62,867 nucleotides of DNA, filler included, from Bipalium vagum (GCA_037834085.1; 3 parts of 3 records of this genome joined end to end with filler, not necessarily neighbours in it); one strand, 5' to 3'. Positions 12,575 through 25,250 are shown, numbered from the whole stretch's first letter. The notes: generated by a model from the letters alone, not told the origin. A program made the numbers and translations.

Positions 12575-15500
12575 ATGACAAAACTGGCCTGCCCGGGTTA
12601 GCACATGGTCAAAACCTTCTCGTGGTGGAGTTGTTAACCTGAATATGGACCAATTTGACTGTGGTTAGGGTTGGGGGATACGCTGGTTGATAGCCGCGTA
12701 AAAGGCCGACCCAGGACTAGGGTGGTTGCAGGGGGCGCATCGACCCTGTAATCACCTGAAACACGTTCTCGGTTTCGTGCAATTTATGAAAAGTTCACTA
12801 CTATTAATTTAGCAAGCATTCATGGGCGTTCAAGACAAAGACAAGTCTGAAGCGTCGCACGGAGTTGAGGTTCGGTGTACAATCTGCCCGAAGGTCTGCA
12901 AAGGTCTGAGGGGTTTGGGGGTGCAATGGCATCACAGAAAGCAAGGAGAAATTCCGATTAAGACAACTTCAGAATTACCGTTGAAATCGAATCCTCCGAA
13001 CTCCGAGCTGTTTGTTGGTGATGCAGCCACCTTATCAGTGGTCGTGTCATCTCCGCCGGAAATGAAGGATGAAGTTATGAAGAGGAAAACGGCACGAAAG
13101 ACGAAATAGCGGTCTTTATTCAGGCCGAAGCGCGTCTTAAAGTGCAAGGCGTTCAGGTTATCACTTCGGAGATGCTTGGACGGATTTATGGCATCACGTT
13201 TTACCGAAAGGGGACTGATTACCAAGTTGCTTTGGAGATGGCGATTTTTGATTTACGGACCAAGGAAAAAAGGAAGACAAACCTCGCTTGCGAGGCCGGC
13301 GATGATCTTGATATTTTACCTGGAAGTCGAGTTATTAGACAGCAAGTGGACGACAGATGCGGGATTCTTAAAATTCTTACGATCGATGAAGAAGTCGACT
13401 AATGAAGATAAGTGGGGCGAGAAGCTACTTGACTAGGCGATCGAAGATCCCGGTAGGTTGAGTGAGCTGGTGGAACAACAGGCCGCAGTGTTAGTAGCGT
13501 CATATAGTAAGGCGGGTAAGCAGAGAACGAGATGGGAATGCTAACCATTTGAGGAACAACCAGTGGAACCTAAGAGGGTACGGAGAAAACGGTATCGACT
13601 TTGGCTGTTCCGGAATATCCAATCTCTATATCAGATCGACAGAGCGAAGGCCGCACGGCTGGTATGCGATGACCAAATCTCTACGGGGGTTCAACTGGGG
13701 AACGAGCAGAAGGGGTTCTTACCTCTGGACGGTTGCCTTGAGAATATCTCAAAACTGAAAGTTATTATGGAGGGGGCAAAGACCGACTCTGGTAGAGTCT
13801 TTTTGGCGTTTCTAGATATGAAGAACGCGTTTGGATCCGTAAATCATGAGTCGCTCATCTGGGCGGCGAGGGAAAGAGGAATCCCGGAAAGGGTGATTAA
13901 GTATGTCACCTGTAATTACAGTGGTGCGACAACGGTAGTTAACGGGTTCACCGTAGCGATTAACCGAGGGGTGAAACAGGGAGACCCATTGTTACCAGTC
14001 ATGTTTAACAACGTCATGGAATCTGCAATTAGTAAGGTTAGAGCGCATGCTAGGACCTTTGCTGGGGGAGAAGGTAACTCCAATCCTGGCCTATGTGGAC
14101 GATATAGTTGTTTTTGGAACGACCGAACGTGAGCTGATGGGCATTCTGAATACTTTGGTCGATGAACTTCGGCTCAGTGGACTTCAGTTGAACCCGAAGA
14201 AATGCGCAACAATGGGATTCCAAGCGGTTGGCCATACTTGGAAGATGCTGCTTTTAGCGATAAAGGTAGGTGATCTGTTGCTTAACATGTCCAGTAAAAC
14301 GGACACATATAAGTATTTGGGTATTCGATTCTCGGCGAAGGATCCAGTCAAAGAGGATTTTAGTCGATTGATCTTGAGGGGTTTAGGTGGGCTGTCAAAA
14401 GCTCCACTGAAGCCTCAACAGAGAATGTGTATCCTCCGCGACTACCTGATCCCTAAGGTCCAAAATGTTGAGGGGTTGGGATCGGTAACCTCAACCGAGT
14501 TGAGAACGCTCGATAAGTATATGCAGCGGAAAGTTCGTGAATGGCTGAAATTATCAAGTGATATGACATCAGCGTATATTCATGCTAGAGTGGCGGATGG
14601 TGGTATTGATGTGCCGTCACTCTTGGCTACAGTTTACTTTGGAAAGGCGCGGCGGCTGGCGAAGATGGGTGAGAGCACTGACCCGACTGTGCGTGCGGCA
14701 GGTGATTGTCTGAAGCTTGGTAAGGAGGTCGCATTGTGGAACGAACCGTTGGTGGTGGGCTCTGACGAAGCGAGATCGATGAACGACTACTGTCTCGTTT
14801 CTGCGTCTATGTTGTATTGGTCGTTGGACGGAAAAGGATTAGCGGAGATGGATTGAGTCCCAGGGGTGCATTCGTGGTTCAACGATGGCACCAAACTTAT
14901 GAGTGGGAAATATTATATTTACGCGATCAGGATTTGGGATAACCTGATTCATACTGCGACAAGAGCATTAAGGGGTAGAGCTGGCTCTAGGAGCCCATTC
15001 TGTGATAAAGGCTGTGGTGACAAGCTCGAGAGCCTCAATCATTTACTCCAGGAATTGTAGTGCTGCAAAAGGCCTGCGTCCCTATAATCCCCTATAGCAG
15101 CAGTTTTCTAAAGCCGGATATCGTAGCCTTTAAGGACGGTAATCCTCCTCTGGTTTTAGATGCCCAGATTGTCAGCGACTCAAGTTTGGTAAACTTAGAG
15201 GAAGCTAATAAGATCAAGGGCGGTAAATATGATATAAGCGTGGTACATCCTTATGTAGACCCCGGATTGTAGCAGGTATAACACTCAATTGGAGGGGGCT
15301 TGGTGTTACAGCACATGGTTATTACTCAAGGAACTCGGGTTCACGCTAGGGGACCTAAAGGTAATGACTGTGAGGTCTTTGGAGGGCTCTGCTGCAATGA
15401 TTCGATTCAGGCATGTCGACGTATATTGGGCTGAATGTGTGGCCGTATGGACGCCCTAAGCAATAGCCATCCTTATGGCTCGATTCTCTGTTTCGGTGGA

Positions 15501-15891
15501 GGGTGTCGGATTTCTGTTTCAGCAGGGGTCGACTCTCTGTCGAGCAGGGAGGGAAAAGTGTACGGGTGTCCGGCGGTCGGGCTAGGGAGGAACCTGAGGT
15601 CATTTATGACCTGGGAAAGGGGACCTGGTCAAGATGAATACCCCCGAGGCAGGTAAGTTAGGTAAGTTTTATGTTATTTTCTTTTATTTATTCCGTTTCT
15701 TTTTCTGTTAGGAATGTCTGTTGGATTAATTTATTGTATGATAGCTTTTTTGATGTTTGGTGATGGGTAGGGTTGGTGTTAGTGTTGTTAAGAAGTTTAT
15801 TTGTACTATTTGTTGAATGTTCTGATCATACGGGGTATGTGGGTTCTAGTCCACGACCGGCGTGTAAACTGGCTAAGGTGTATAAAAAAAA
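12575..15891 (+). mobile_element. R2-clade non-LTR retrotransposon (RLE type), decayed, inserted outside rDNA
   Basis: GC-rich island. C2H2 finger CTICPKVCKGLRGLGVQWHH; RT QKGFLPLDGC, LDMKNAFGSVNH, GVKQGDPL, LAYVDD, YKYLG; KAPLKPQQR; CDKGC..ESLNH; RLE KPDIV..VLDAQIV..K..KY; TLNWRGAW; poly-A at 15884-15891. Frameshifts and an internal deletion before the RT core. Confidence 0.9.
12595..12660 (+). ncRNA. HDV-like (R2-type) self-cleaving ribozyme core
   Basis: P2 ggtcaaa (12607-13) / tttgact (12654-60); P3 acc/ggt around L3 ttctcgt (12617-23); J4/2 aCcaa; located at the R2 5' end. P1 5' strand unclear. Confidence 0.7.
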
Positions 15892-16165
15892 TAGAATTAT
15901 GAAAATTGGTTGAAATGAACGAAAAATTTTGTTATAATTAGCTTTAATTATTTATAGAATCTGTCTATTGTAATGGATAGAAATGCTATCAATTCTTTAC
16001 AAATTAATTTTTTAAAATATATTGTTGGCTTTGGAGGGTAAATAATTCTTTTTTGGTATCATTTATTTTTCTTTGTCAAAAATTTAAATTGTGATCGGTT
16101 TGGAAAATGAATTTGAAGAGTTGCAAAGTATCAGTTCTTGTTTTACTGTTTTAATCTTATATTCA

Positions 16166-16679
16166 GAGTTCTTCCGATTATTCAACACTTGTTCCACGTG
16201 ACAACACTTCAGCTTCTTTTTCCAACAGAAGTCATTTGATAGCTCGTAGTTTATCGCAAGCAACCAGTTCAACGTCAGATTATCAGTTTATAGTAGAAAC
16301 GTCATCTGCAGTAACAGCGGCAGTTGCATCTGATTCAAATTCAAATTCCTCGAATCCCTTAACTTTGCCCAATGTATTTCCATTTCTAAAATTTACGAAT
16401 TGTTTCAACATATCACGTTTTAGCATAATCTTTCAGAAAACAACAATAACTCAGAAATTGACAGTTTTGAAACAAATTTCTCATCAATATTTTCAGATTT
16501 CATTAAAATTGAATCGGTAATTTTAAAAATGATAAATTATAATAATTATAATAATAAATAATAATAATTTTAATTTTAATATTCATAATAATAACATCAT
16601 TCTTAATAAATCAATAATAATTTTTGTGTAGTCTAGATCGCCACCAATATCATCGGGTTCCACGAAAAACATTCCAGAG
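16166..16679 (+). CDS. Putative Ser-rich exons (16166-16373, ~16632-16679), possibly continuing the zinc-ribbon gene
   Basis: cag|SSSDYSTLVPRDN..PLTLPN|gta and tag|SRSPPISSGSTKNIPE|gtttgt; open frames bounded by AG/GT; no recognised domain. Confidence 0.4.
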
Positions 16680-16769
16680 GTTTGTTTGTGTATTGATTTC
16701 ATTTTTTTAATAAAAATTTTTTGTTTTATGATTTGATGAATATTAATAATAAATCTTTATCAAAACTTT

Positions 16770-16777
16770 AATTATTA

Positions 16778-16820
<43 letters not shown>

Positions 16821-16950
16821 TTATTATTATTATTATTATTATTATTATTANNNNNNNNNNNNNNNNNNNNNNNNNNNNNNNNNNNNNNNNNNNNTTAATT
16901 AATTAANNNNNNNNNNNNNNNNNNNNNNNNNNNNNNNNNNNNNNNNNNNN

Positions 16951-17021
<71 letters not shown>
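16770..17021. other. Scaffold gap (16851-16950) flanked by (ATT)n/(AAT)n microsatellites
   Basis: N runs with central TTAATTAATTAA filler. Confidence 0.95.
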
Positions 17022-17023
<2 letters not shown>

Positions 17024-17299
17024 GCTATATGTCAATATTTTTCATATTTTCATATAAATTGAATCATTAAACAACAGATTTTTCAGTTCTTTATTTTTCA
17101 AAAATTATTGCTTAAATTTCTCTAAGTTAATTTATTAAATTTTTATATGATTATACTTTATGTTTATTTAAATTTTTAAAGTGAAGGATTCATTAATTTT
17201 ATTTAAATTCTAAATTAATCATTAAATATATTTTGTATTATCTTAATTTCCATTGGATATCACTTAAAATATGATTTTTAAATTAAAATTTGACTTAGT

Positions 17300-17990
17300 A
17301 TTATTCTAATTCCCCATATGACATGTTCAAGATTTTTAATTTTTTAATAATGGATCTCTCGAGATGTATCTTAGGCTATATAATCTATGAAAGACTTTGT
17401 ACAGCCTGTCATATCTCTTTTATGATTGGGTTTTACTATAGCATTTCACTTACCATTTCCTATTATAGTTTCTCATTCAAAACTTATTCAAAAGTATGAG
17501 AAAGTTCAATTAATCAATTTATTTAATTGTCACATTCTTTATGATTACAAATTTAGTTTTTTGACAACGTTTTCTTGATCATGCCTCTTGCCTATGTAGA
17601 CCTGTCATTTGTAAATCTCAAACATTCATCGTATTGAATTCAAACAACCGTTCACTTCTGAAAAATCTGCCAGTCCATTACATTAAATCATTCAAGTAAA
17701 GCACCGTATTCTTATCGCACTTTATCATTTACATCGGGATTTCTTTGGGTTTCTTCAGTTTCCTGTAACCACATTAAATTGATTACACTCTTCTCTTTCC
17801 AACTTCCTCTTTTTAAACTATATACGCCACAGTTCTTTTGACCACCGCAACCATTTGTGAAAAATCGATTTCTATCTATAGTAAATAAATGTTATTAGTT
17901 CCTCTACTAATAGAAGCTAACAAAAATTAATTCCAGAAAATAATATTGGCAAACATTAAATCGCTAATTAAAAGAAAAAGGAAATGACGT
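17300..17990 (-). mobile_element. Highly decayed IS630/Tc1-like transposase remnant
   Basis: RNPDVNDKVR*EY (RNxxxxxxxRxxY) and an RAWSxK-like segment; many stops. Confidence 0.35.
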
Positions 17991-18467
17991 TTAAAAAATA
18001 ATTGTACTTAAATAAATTGGGATATACTGATCTTAAAATATGTATATCATATTATAAATTTGAACTGTTCAAATTTTCATTATCGATCCAACAAAGTCTT
18101 TAAAACATGACACTCTAATCCTGTGAAACCCAAATTGACATTATTCTCGCAAAAACAATGGCAACTTGTTTGAAGAAATAATCTCAATAAATGAAACTGT
18201 TTGTCGTCGTCTTATTTCTATTTACGACTCATAAAGGATAATTACTTTTCTTTAACTTCAGTGCGAATTAAATAATAATTTCTGCTCTGGCGAAGCCATC
18301 ACATTTTTGAATTATTAATTTGATAAAATAAGGTAGAAAATGGTGTTACAAGGACAAATAAAACATTAAAAAATATTTACGCGGATGTCGAGTTGTGACA
18401 AATGTGTTGTTTTTATGTTCACTTGAAATTATTCCATTTTCACATTTCTTTTCATCCAATTCCTTCA

Positions 18468-19746
18468 GAATCAATACGATTTTTTCACCCATTAAAATAT
18501 TTTGTACAAAGATATAGAAATAAAGCTAAAGCCACAATGAACAGGTTGTTAAAGAGGTATGGTCAATTTGCTTCTTTCGTTTGCTTCGGCCAAATAAATG
18601 GGCAGGTTCAATTATCTGTCGACAATTTTCCACACCCGGAAATCTGTCTTGAATACAATGATACTTTGGATAATCGATTCCGAAAAATGTTAAAAAAATT
18701 ATTTATAATCCAAATATTAACCAATTTAAATCTTTGGAATAAATATTTCAGATAACTGGAAATCTGTTACGTTTAAGGACTTTATAATAACAGTACCTAA
18801 TATAGAGTAAATAAGTTATCAATACTGTTTGATGAGAGTTAACAAAACAAAAGATAAATAAAAAATAAAGGATACCTTCGATATATTGCAAAAGATAATT
18901 TTTCAAGAAATTAAAAGAAATTCCAATCTTTTAGTGTATGAATATAATACTAATTTTTTTAAAGGAATGTGATTCTTTTTATTTTACTGGAACTGGCCAG
19001 ATTTAAATCAGGTCTTTGCAAAATATAATCCATTAGATGAAAACAAATATTCTAAATATCTCAGACCTGATGAAATACTATTGAGACGATATAAATATTG
19101 TAACATGGATCTGATTACGGTAATTTAAGAAATATTATAAAATAGTTGATCCTATAACTCACAATGTATATTTATGTAGACTTTACGACGTTATGAATAA
19201 ATATATAGAAAGTATTAAGTAATATGGAGAAATTATTAATCATTATAAAGAAATTTGCTTAAAATTTCATTCATGTAGTAATTGCAGTAAATCAACATTA
19301 AAATGGACAAAGCAAATATAAATAATAGAAAACAAAAAACAAGATGAGTTGTGAATTCGTAAAAACTTGCTCTCATTAAATCAATGCTTGAAGAAGGGAA
19401 ATCTATCTCAAAAATTACCGGATTAAGTGAAATTGGAATATCCACTGTGTACAAAATGAAATCTCTGGCAGAAGAGAATGATATCGGAATGTTAGCTAAA
19501 ATCATTAGAAAGTCAAGTTGGAAAGCAACTATCTTAAATTACAGCATGGTTAAGGTATTTGAGTGTGTCCAAAATGATTTAACACTCACTCAAAAAGGTA
19601 TTAAGAAATATTATTTGAAATGTAGTTACTATCAACAACGTCCAAGCCCTCAAATTTCACCAGAACTAATTGAGAAAGTTAACCTTGTATATCAACAGAC
19701 GACCCTTGACAGTTTACTTAATTTTAATAATTTTATGCCAATATGA
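18468..19746 (+). CDS. Putative multi-exon gene segment of unknown function
   Basis: Several short coding-like blocks with nearby AG/GT signals (NWKSVTFKDFIITVPNI; WNWPDLNQVFAKYNPL..MDLIT|gtaatt; tag|..YYQQRPSPQISPELIEK..MPI*). No consistent full model. Confidence 0.3.
19300..19612 (+). mobile_element. IS630/Tc1-like transposase N-terminal HTH fragment
   Basis: IKSMLEEGKSISKITGLSEIGISTVYK..VQNDLTLTQKGI. Confidence 0.5.
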
Positions 19747-20042
19747 GAATATATATCGATTTTGCTTATAATGGAAGTTTTTTAATTTTTCATATAATAT
19801 ATGTAATCTCTGTTCTTAATCTTTTAATATAATTTTCTACAATTCAAATAAGTAATCATATTAAAAAGGAAATTAAAAACAATTTTTGATATATAATGAT
19901 TAATACTTTCTAATATTACTTAATGGTTTATATGTATTATTTTATACTTTCCATTTATTTTGTTTAATAACCTTGAGACTTAATTGAAGATCTTTTTTTA
20001 TTGTAAAAATTTTTTACAGTTTTTATATAATATCAAATATAA

Positions 20043-21249
20043 TAATAGGTGTCAAATAAGTCCTTTTCGATTTTGAATGAAAAATGTCATGAGAAATTTT
20101 GTATTTACAATTAAATAACAAATATTACACAGATACATACTGTAAGGATTAAATTTTAATTAATATTAAATAATAAATCATAAATATTTTTTTAATATTT
20201 TTTAAAGTAATATATAAGTAAAATAAGTTTTTAAATAAATTTAGTAAATTGAAATCGTTTTTAAAAAATTAAATAATTTAATTAATTTTAATAAAATTTT
20301 TAGATAATTAATTTGTTTAAATAAAGGATAAAAAGAGGACACTTATTAAATCTATAAAATTATTTTCTTGAAATAAAAATGTTAAGAGAGATTGCACAAA
20401 TGCTTCAGCAGATGATGATGGCTGGAGGAATTGGAGCTCGAAGTTACCAGATATTGAATATATGATAAATGCAACAAGACAAAAGACATTGGGAATGTCA
20501 CCAGCAGAGATGATATTCGGAAGGAGAATACACAGAGAACAATGGTTTGAGACTGAAAGAGTTGACGATGATCTCAGGGGAAATAAGCTTACAAAACGAC
20601 AGTTCCAAATATGAGATGAAGTTCTGGTAAAGCTTAACGGAAGATCAAAAAATAATGAAAGATATGTAGGCCCGTGCGAGATTATTGAAAAACTCCATGA
20701 CAGAAGATACCGCCTGAAAAATCCAAGTGGCAGAGAAAAAACAGGAACATAGAAAAACTTAAAAGATTCTTTAACGAGGGGGGGGGTGTAAGGATTAAAT
20801 TTTACTTATTATTAAATAATAAATCATACTTATTTTTAAAATAAGTTTTAAAGTAATATATTAAAATTTAATTCTTAATGTAAAATAAGTTTTTTAATAA
20901 TTTTAATAAATTGAAATCGTTTTTAAAAAATTAAATAATTTTAATAAAATTTTTAGATAATTAATTTGTTTAAATAAAGGATAAAAAGAGGACACTTATT
21001 AAATCTATACAATTATTTTCTTGAAATAAAATTTTAAAAAAATCTTGAGTTTTTGAATTCTGAAACTGTCGATAACGTGGCAGTAACTAACACATACAAA
21101 TTGCAGTTCCATTTATTCTTCAAAAATGTCACCTTGATGCAGACAAGATGCAGATTTTAAATCCAAACACAAAATAAACTCAATAAAATAATTTTCTGTT
21201 AATATTACATATTGAATAAAATCCGAAAGGACTTATTTAATACCATGTA
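20043..21249. mobile_element. Mariner-type MITE hosting an LTR element
   Basis: TIRs ggtgtcaaataagtccttttcgatttt (20048-20074) / aaaatccgaaaggacttatttaatacc (21218-21244); ~250 bp after removing the insert. Confidence 0.75.
20141..21092 (+). mobile_element. Miniature (internally deleted) gypsy LTR element, 952 bp
   Basis: TG..CA ends; TSD CATAC (20136-40, 21093-97); 3' LTR 20787-21092 after a poly-G PPT; truncated 5' LTR 20141-~20380; integrase C-terminus YMINAT..GMSPAEMIFGR..YVGPCEI. Confidence 0.9.
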
Positions 21250-23069
21250 TATGAAATAACTAGCATAATTAATTAAAGAGATTATGTATGATATATAATG
21301 ATAGATTTATATGAATTATTTATATTTAGTTTGTTGACATTAATACATATAAAGTATATTATTAAGTGCGTGATAAAAATATAATTTTTATTCGTAATAA
21401 ATAATTTTTTAATATTAATTAAATAAACACTTATTTTACTATTTTCGAAAAAAGGATAATTTATCAATCTATTTTATTGTAACAATTTATGTAGAACTGT
21501 TTAGTTAGTTGTCCATTTAGGTTGACAACAGTATAATATTATTATTATCAATAAAAATTTCACATTTAATCTAGAAATAGATTTTCAAAAAAATAATGAA
21601 CTTCTGATTAATTAAGTAATTAAAATATATTAAATTTATTTAGGGAGTTTAACTTTTAGAAACCATACCATTTAATCCTGAGTCAGTTAAATAATATACA
21701 AATATATTATGATTATGATAATTATTATTTATTTTATTTCAATTAACACTTCAATATTTCTTCTCAAGCTGAGTTAATTCCAAAATTTTTTGAATCAATC
21801 TTGATCATTTTGAAGGAAATATGGAACTATATTGTTTACTTTGCAAACTCAATAATTAATATTATTAGTAAAAAATAATCAGAATCTTTTAGTGGCTTTT
21901 AGCATTTTAATAATGGGTCCTATTATTGGCTCTTGAAAATCAACTCTTTTAACTGTCTCTACGTCCGCCTGATAAACTAAACGTTTTCTCCTTCTTTTTG
22001 TTACTATTATCACTATTTATTATTATTAATTATAATTATTATAATTACAATTATTATTAATATTATAATTTAAGACATTGAAAATTCATAAATAATTATA
22101 AATTGTCTATGATATCTTGAAGTTATTCATTATATTTAATAAAACTAAAATTTATATGAATAATAATTTATTTATGAATGACATGATTAAAAGGATGCAC
22201 AATTTTAATAAAATAAATGATTAAACAAAATTATACAAAACCAGGTAAAAGTTCCTTTCATTAATTCACATTGAAAGGGTTTCTAAGTAAACAATTTGAA
22301 GTCTAATGTTTGTTGGGAGAGGAAGCATTTTTGTAAGGTAAATATAATAACTGACTTTTGTGAGGTTTCCAAAAATTTCATTAAACATTTTGAATAAATG
22401 TGTTGAATATGACATGTACTTCAGCCATTTTTACAAAGACCGAAAACCATTTTTACTTTATATAGTGAACAAAATGTTTATAAACTCACAGTTTTCCATT
22501 AATTTTATAGTAAATTATGTGAATCTGAATATCTAATTTGGTTACAGAGCTACATAAAAAATACAAAATTGGTATGCTGAAAATGAGCGATTTTTTGAAA
22601 TATTGAAAACAATATGTTTTCCGACTGTCAACACAGAGGATCACACAAATGTTAAAATTTTGACTTATTATTCGTAATTTTAAATGTACTATTATTAACT
22701 AATAATATCATTGTATGGCTGACCAAAGGCACATTCCTTCGACTTGTAAAGACTGTCAAAGGGTCTGATTTATAATAATAATAATAATAAACTCCATTAG
22801 TAATAATAATCGTAATAATAATAGTAAGAATAATAAAAAAAATAATAATATTAATAATAATGTTTTTAGGTTTTTCTAATCTTTACAATGTTGAATTGTC
22901 AAGATTCAATCAGGTCCACAATTAGGGACCTATTTACTAATTTTCGCCTAAAAAGAAGTTGAAGTTCCTTGAAAAAAATATTGGTCTAGAACTGAGTAGT
23001 TGTAGCCAATATAAAAAGCGATGGAGTCCTTAATGGATTTGCTCAAAAAAATTGTAGATTTTAAAATTA

Positions 23070-23295
23070 TACAGGGTGTTTTATAAGTAACTGACTATTT
23101 TATTTTTTAAATATCTTTTTATCATTTTGATAATAGGTTTTCACAATTGTCACACGTTCTTTTATTGTTTAATTTTTCATGCTGATATTTTATGATATGA
23201 TGAATATATAAACAAATTATTGATTCCAAGAATTAAAAATTTAATAATAAATCAATCATTTAAAAAAATGTCAGTTACTTATGAAACACCCTGTA
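23070..23295. mobile_element. Tc1/mariner-type MITE (226 bp)
   Basis: TIRs ta-cagggtgttttataagtaactgac / gtcagttacttatgaaacaccctg-ta. Confidence 0.9.
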
Positions 23296-24537
23296 TTCTC
23301 CATATTTGAAGAAACATATGTTATAAACTATTAATAAATCGTAGGAAGATTATATTTAAGTATCTTGAAGGTTTCTATAATGTTTTATGTGACAAGGGTC
23401 AATGATGGGTCCTGTGTAATTGGGTGGTTTTCTAGCGCAGTTCTCATAATATTATAAACATAACAATATTATAAGCATTTAGGCAGATGTAGCAGAATGA
23501 AAATAATGATAGGATTAGATTATACATGCTTATAACTTATATACCCAATATTTTCCTTTTTCTATAGCAACATTTACCATGTTACAATTTGTTGGGATTT
23601 CAAAATGCTTATCATTCGATGACCTTTTTTATTTAATTCTTTAACGAATTAGCTTATATATCCATAACTGATTTTAGCAAGTGGAAATCGTCATAAAGAA
23701 TGTCTGCAAAATGTAACTAGAATTAAACGACAATAGACAAGAATTTAAAGATTTAGCAGAGAATATTTTCTAAAATTATCCAATTGCCAAAATCGATCAA
23801 TAAGGAAAACATTCCGTTTTATTTATTCAGTCTATTAAAAGTAAATTGTTTACAAAATTTGATTTATCAAAACATAAAATTGACTCATTTTGCAGCAGAA
23901 TTGACTAATTGTTTCCGAAAATCATGCCATATGAGAAGGGTTTGTTATCAGTTAATTATTTTATGGTGATTTGCAATACTTTTTTTGTACTCCACCACCT
24001 ATTATACATAATAAATTAAAACAAATAATATATTAATTTAAAACGAACTAAAAAGCAAAAGAAAATGTGCCAAAAAAATTAAAATGAAAATAAGGAAAAA
24101 AACGATCGAAAATTCAAAATAATAATATTAAAGTCTGTTATGTCACACTATATTGCTTTAAGAACTGTTTTTAAAATTAAAATCTCGTATTTCGTTCTCC
24201 TTTTCCTCTAGCCACTGCGACATGTTTATGCCATGTTTGTGGACTTTTTGTGGAAAAGAGTTTTTCAATGCCTTCTGACCAATGAGATTTTAAAGGATTT
24301 TTAATTTCTTTGGTAAATAGAGAAGTTCTTTTTCCATTTGATTGAAATCAATTAAATTGTACAATGTTCTTTCACAGAATGAGACTTAAATTAATCAAAA
24401 ATTGCAACCAAATAACATTTTTGATTAAATTAATTAATTTAAAATTTAATAATAATTCTTTCGAAAGAATTCATTATTGTTCATTTTCTGTTCGGAAAAG
24501 TAAATACTTTGTTCATTGTCCACATACTACAACTATA

Positions 24538-25250
24538 TATAGTGTCCAATTTATATTATGAACCTCTAATCGACAAAACTTCAGAATAAATTTTATTATT
24601 AACATACAAACATTATTGGATTAAATATTCTCCATCAGTGTCAACTACCCTCTGCCAAAGAATAATGCCATCGGAATAAAATTCAGTAGCTTTCTGATCA
24701 AAAAACTTTTGTAAATCATTTCTTAGGTCGTCTAGGTTTTAATTATTTCTCTTAAGAACAGAACAGATGATAATCTACAGACGCGATATCTGAGCTATAT
24801 GGCGGATGTGGCAAGATCTCATAACAAAGTTCCCTTAATGTCTTTTGTTTCATTTTTGATGCATGGGGTTTAGCATTATCATGCTGAAGAATAACTCCTT
24901 TTCTGCTAATTAAATTAGATCTTATTTCTTGAAGAGCGCAGTGTAAACTGTTTAAATGTTGGGAGTAACGTTCAGAGTCAATAGTTTCGCAAGTTTTCAA
25001 GAGTTACTCCTAAGCAATCCGACCAAACAGTTAATAGAACCTTTTTTGGAATGGTTCTGGTTTTTGAGGCAACAGGTGGATGTCGATAACCATATTCAAC
25101 CCTATTTTCATCGGATGTCACAATTTTTTTTCTAAAATAAATCTCGATCATGTTCCATCTTCAGGCTCTATATGATTTCCCAATTTCATGTAAGTGAATT
25201 TTTATCCTCTCTGCAAGACAATCGAAAATTGTAGCAGTTCTTTAGTATTT
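24538..25250 (-). mobile_element. Mariner (DD34D) remnant
   Basis: VILQHDNAKPH and LPHPPYSSDIASVDYHLF; upstream IVTSDEN; TIR-like end at 24538. Confidence 0.85.

Noticed and set aside
16851-16950. TTAATTAATTAA palindrome inside N runs (also 40589-40688)
   Set aside because: Identical filler in both 100-nt gaps, with stops in all frames: a scaffolding artefact.
19064-19090. CTGATGA hammerhead-like cores (also near 50535 and 53715)
   Set aside because: No stem II plus GAAA with matching stems I and III.
22240-22760. Possible Harbinger transposase remnant on the minus strand (VFGLCKNG)
   Set aside because: Too degenerate to support.
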